From Gemmatimonadaceae bacterium (lineage in GTDB: Bacteria; Gemmatimonadota; Gemmatimonadetes; Gemmatimonadales; Gemmatimonadaceae), in the NCBI GenBank assembly GCA_045803545.1, contig JBJMOW010000005.1, positions 192,001 through 256,000 of the forward strand: a stretch of 64,000 nt of DNA, written 5' to 3'. Positions 61,837-64,000 of this stretch are shown here, one piece after another. A model generated the notes under the pieces. It saw only the letters and a program-made list of their open reading frames with translations. It was not told the origin of the DNA and made no database searches. A program made the position numbers and the translations under genes. The first letter of the stretch is position 1. Each line of letters begins with the position of its first letter.

Positions 61837-62639
61837 TGCTGGAAGATCGCGAGAACGATTTGGGTGAGGAAATAGTCGGTGACGAGAATCAGGATGCTTG
61901 CCGTCACCACCGTCCGGGTAGTGGAGACACCAACGCCTTCGGTGCCGCCCGTCGTCTTCAATCCATAATAGCAGGCGACCAGGGAGATGATGCCGCCGAA
62001 CACGAACGGCTTGAGCAGCCCTTGAACGAAATCGTTGGGGATGAACCGAAGCGTGAAGCCGCCGTTAAGTATCTGTTCGAAAACCGTTTTCCAGTACAGG
62101 CCCGATGGCTTTCCGAGATAGACAGTTGCGATGACGTTGTCGCCGAGGATGCCGATGAAATCGTTGATTACGGTGAGCACCGGCAGCATGATCAGCGAGG
62201 CAAGCACGCGCGGCGTCACCAGCTTCTTGATTGGATCGGTTCCAAGAGTGTTGAGTGCGTCGATCTGCTCGGTGACGCGCATCGAACCGAGCTGGGCGGC
62301 GATTCCGGATCCGACACGGCCTGCGACCATCAGCCCGGCGAGGACAGGGCCGAGCTCGCGAATCATCGACCCCGAGATGAGCGCCCCGATATAGTCGGTG
62401 GCGCCAAAGGTTTTGAGCTGCACCGAGGACTGGAGGGCGAGCACCATACCTGTGAAAAAGCCGGTTAAAAGGACGATTCCAAGCGAGCCAACGCCAATCG
62501 CGTCCATCTGTTGTACCGTGTCGGAAGCATAGAACGGCTTTACGAAAATGAAGCCGACTGCCTTTCCGGCGAGCACAAAGAATTCCTGGAGCGAATAGAC
62601 GGAGCGTTTGGCTACGTCGTTGAATCGTTCTAGTATCAA
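61833..62639 (-). CDS. mlaE: MlaE-type ABC transporter permease (start uncertain; ORF open to 62678)
   Basis: IGVGSL, RELGPVL, AGRVGSG, MRVTEQIDAL, GGTEGVG. Confidence 0.9.
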   Translation of the reverse strand: MILERFNDVAKRSVYSLQEFFVLAGKAVGFIFVKPFYASDTVQQMDAIGVGSLGIVLLTGFFTGMVLALQSSVQLKTFGATDYIGALISGSMIRELGPVLAGLMVAGRVGSGIAAQLGSMRVTEQIDALNTLGTDPIKKLVTPRVLASLIMLPVLTVINDFIGILGDNVIATVYLGKPSGLYWKTVFEQILNGGFTLRFIPNDFVQGLLKPFVFGGIISLVACYYGLKTTGGTEGVGVSTTRTVVTASILILVTDYFLTQIVLAIFQQ

Positions 62640-62768
62640 AAGATGGATTGGAAGAGAGGGCGAGAGCGTAGCTCGCAAACTGTCGATTGGGCAAGGGGTG
62701 TGCCCTCCCCTGTTCGCAATTCGGCCTTAGTTTGCTCTTGGTGGTTGCCTGTTGCTCCGATTGAGTTA

Positions 62769-62912
62769 GTCCGAGGTGCGAGCTAAGTCCGAGGTGCGAG
62801 CTAAGTCCGAATTGCGAGCCGCCTTCGAGATGCGAGCCCGCCAATGATAGCTTTTGGTTAGTTCGGACCTCGCAGCGGGTTCGTAACTCGGGCTTAGCTC
62901 GCAACTCGGATT
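62769..62912. repeat. Palindromic intergenic element, family C-related copy 3
   Basis: 18-bp units AGTCCGAGGTGCGAGCTA x2-3 with inverted right arm TTAGCTCGCAACTCGGA; similar to TCCGAACTGCGAGCTAG units at about 21638-21672. Confidence 0.75.
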
Positions 62913-62941
62913 CACTATCCGATCGAGGTCACCTTACGACG

Positions 62942-63958
62942 ATGATTGAAACAATTTCCCGCGATAGGCTCATCGATCTTCTCGAGGCCGGCGCCGACAA
63001 GCGAATTGCGATTGTTGGCGACGCGATGCTCGACGTGTACTTGCGCGGGGATGTGGATCGGATTTCGCCGGAAGCGCCGGTTCCGGTAGTAAGGGTGAGA
63101 GATCGCGAGCTGGCGCTCGGCGGCGCGGCTAACGTCGCGCAGAACATCGATGCCATTGGCGCACGCGCTGATCTCGTCTGCGCTGTCGGCGACGATGCGG
63201 AAGGCCAGGTGGTCAAGCAGATGCTGCGCGGGATTCGGTCTGAGGCGAGGTCGGTCGTCACGGTTGCCCGTCGCACCACGACCAAGACCCGCGTGCTTGC
63301 GCGATCCCAGCAAGTCGTGCGGTTCGATGAAGAAGAAGACGTCGACATCGAAGGCGACGAGATGGTGTCGCTGGCGAGAGCTGCGCTCGATGCCGTTGCA
63401 CAGGCTGACGCGCTCGTGCTCGAGGATTACAACAAGGGAGTACTGACGCCTGCGCTGATCGGACAGGTGATGCAGGACGCGAGCGCGAAAGAGATTCCCA
63501 TCGTCGTCGACCCCAAGTACAAAAACTTTTTCTCCTATAAAGGCGCGACGATCTTCAAACCGAATCGCCGCGAACTGGAATCGGCGCTCGGCGCAGCAGT
63601 CGACATCGAGCATCCTGAAGCGCTCCCCGAGTCAATCAAGCGATTGGGCGTCGAGAATCTGCTGCTTACCCTCGGCGACGCCGGGATGGCGCTGATCGAT
63701 GCTACTGGTGAAGTGGGTCGCGTGCCGACGACGGCGCGCGAGGTTTACGACGTCGTCGGCGCTGGCGACACAGTGACCGCGTACCTGGCGACGATGCTCG
63801 CCGCCGGCGCGACGCCCGCCGAGGCAGCGGTGATCGCCAATTTCGCCGCGGGCGTAGAGGTTGCGAAGCTGGGCGCTGCCACCGTCAGCATCGACGAAGT
63901 GATCGAAGCTTACGATCAGTTTACCGGCACTGGCGCAGCGGAAGCACCAACCGCTTAG
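62942..63958 (+). CDS. D-glycero-beta-D-manno-heptose-7-phosphate kinase (RfaE1/HldE kinase domain)
   Basis: GDAMLD, RISPEAPVPV, GGAANVA, DYNKG, DPK, KPN, DVVGAGDTV. Confidence 0.9.
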   Translation: MIETISRDRLIDLLEAGADKRIAIVGDAMLDVYLRGDVDRISPEAPVPVVRVRDRELALGGAANVAQNIDAIGARADLVCAVGDDAEGQVVKQMLRGIRSEARSVVTVARRTTTKTRVLARSQQVVRFDEEEDVDIEGDEMVSLARAALDAVAQADALVLEDYNKGVLTPALIGQVMQDASAKEIPIVVDPKYKNFFSYKGATIFKPNRRELESALGAAVDIEHPEALPESIKRLGVENLLLTLGDAGMALIDATGEVGRVPTTAREVYDVVGAGDTVTAYLATMLAAGATPAEAAVIANFAAGVEVAKLGAATVSIDEVIEAYDQFTGTGAAEAPTA

Positions 63959-64000
63959 TTGATTCAACGCAACGGAGCAGTTTTGTACGTAATAAGGAAC

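Overview
GC-rich bacterial chromosome segment; gene order and protein sequences are most consistent with Gemmatimonadota (inference, not database-checked). It is almost entirely core housekeeping genes on the minus strand: the 5' part of tmRNA (cut by the window edge), dusB, guaA, lysA, proS, hisS, folC, accD, the rodA-mrdA-mreDCB cluster, ald, pnp, rpsO, xseA, folD, rny, zapA, pheST, rplT-rpmI-infC, arcA, rex, rsmA, an RsbU/W/V-like module, pta, coaD, rsmD, recJ, dnaG, mutS2, rpsU, hrcA-dnaJ-prmA-rsmE, hemW, dprA, obgE, mlaDFE and an HldE-type kinase. No transposase, integrase, phage or CRISPR was seen. The unusual signal is intergenic. About ten 150-300 bp imperfect palindromic elements in several families share a CTG(C/A)GG terminal motif, often abut stop codons, and have arms built of 7- or 18-bp micro-repeats. 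In two families the central segment is inverted relative to the asymmetric outer flanks between copies. There are also a roughly 375-nt multi-hairpin element upstream of rpsU, strand-polarised GCGGGA(A/G) heptamer arrays, and at least nine apparently leaderless genes.
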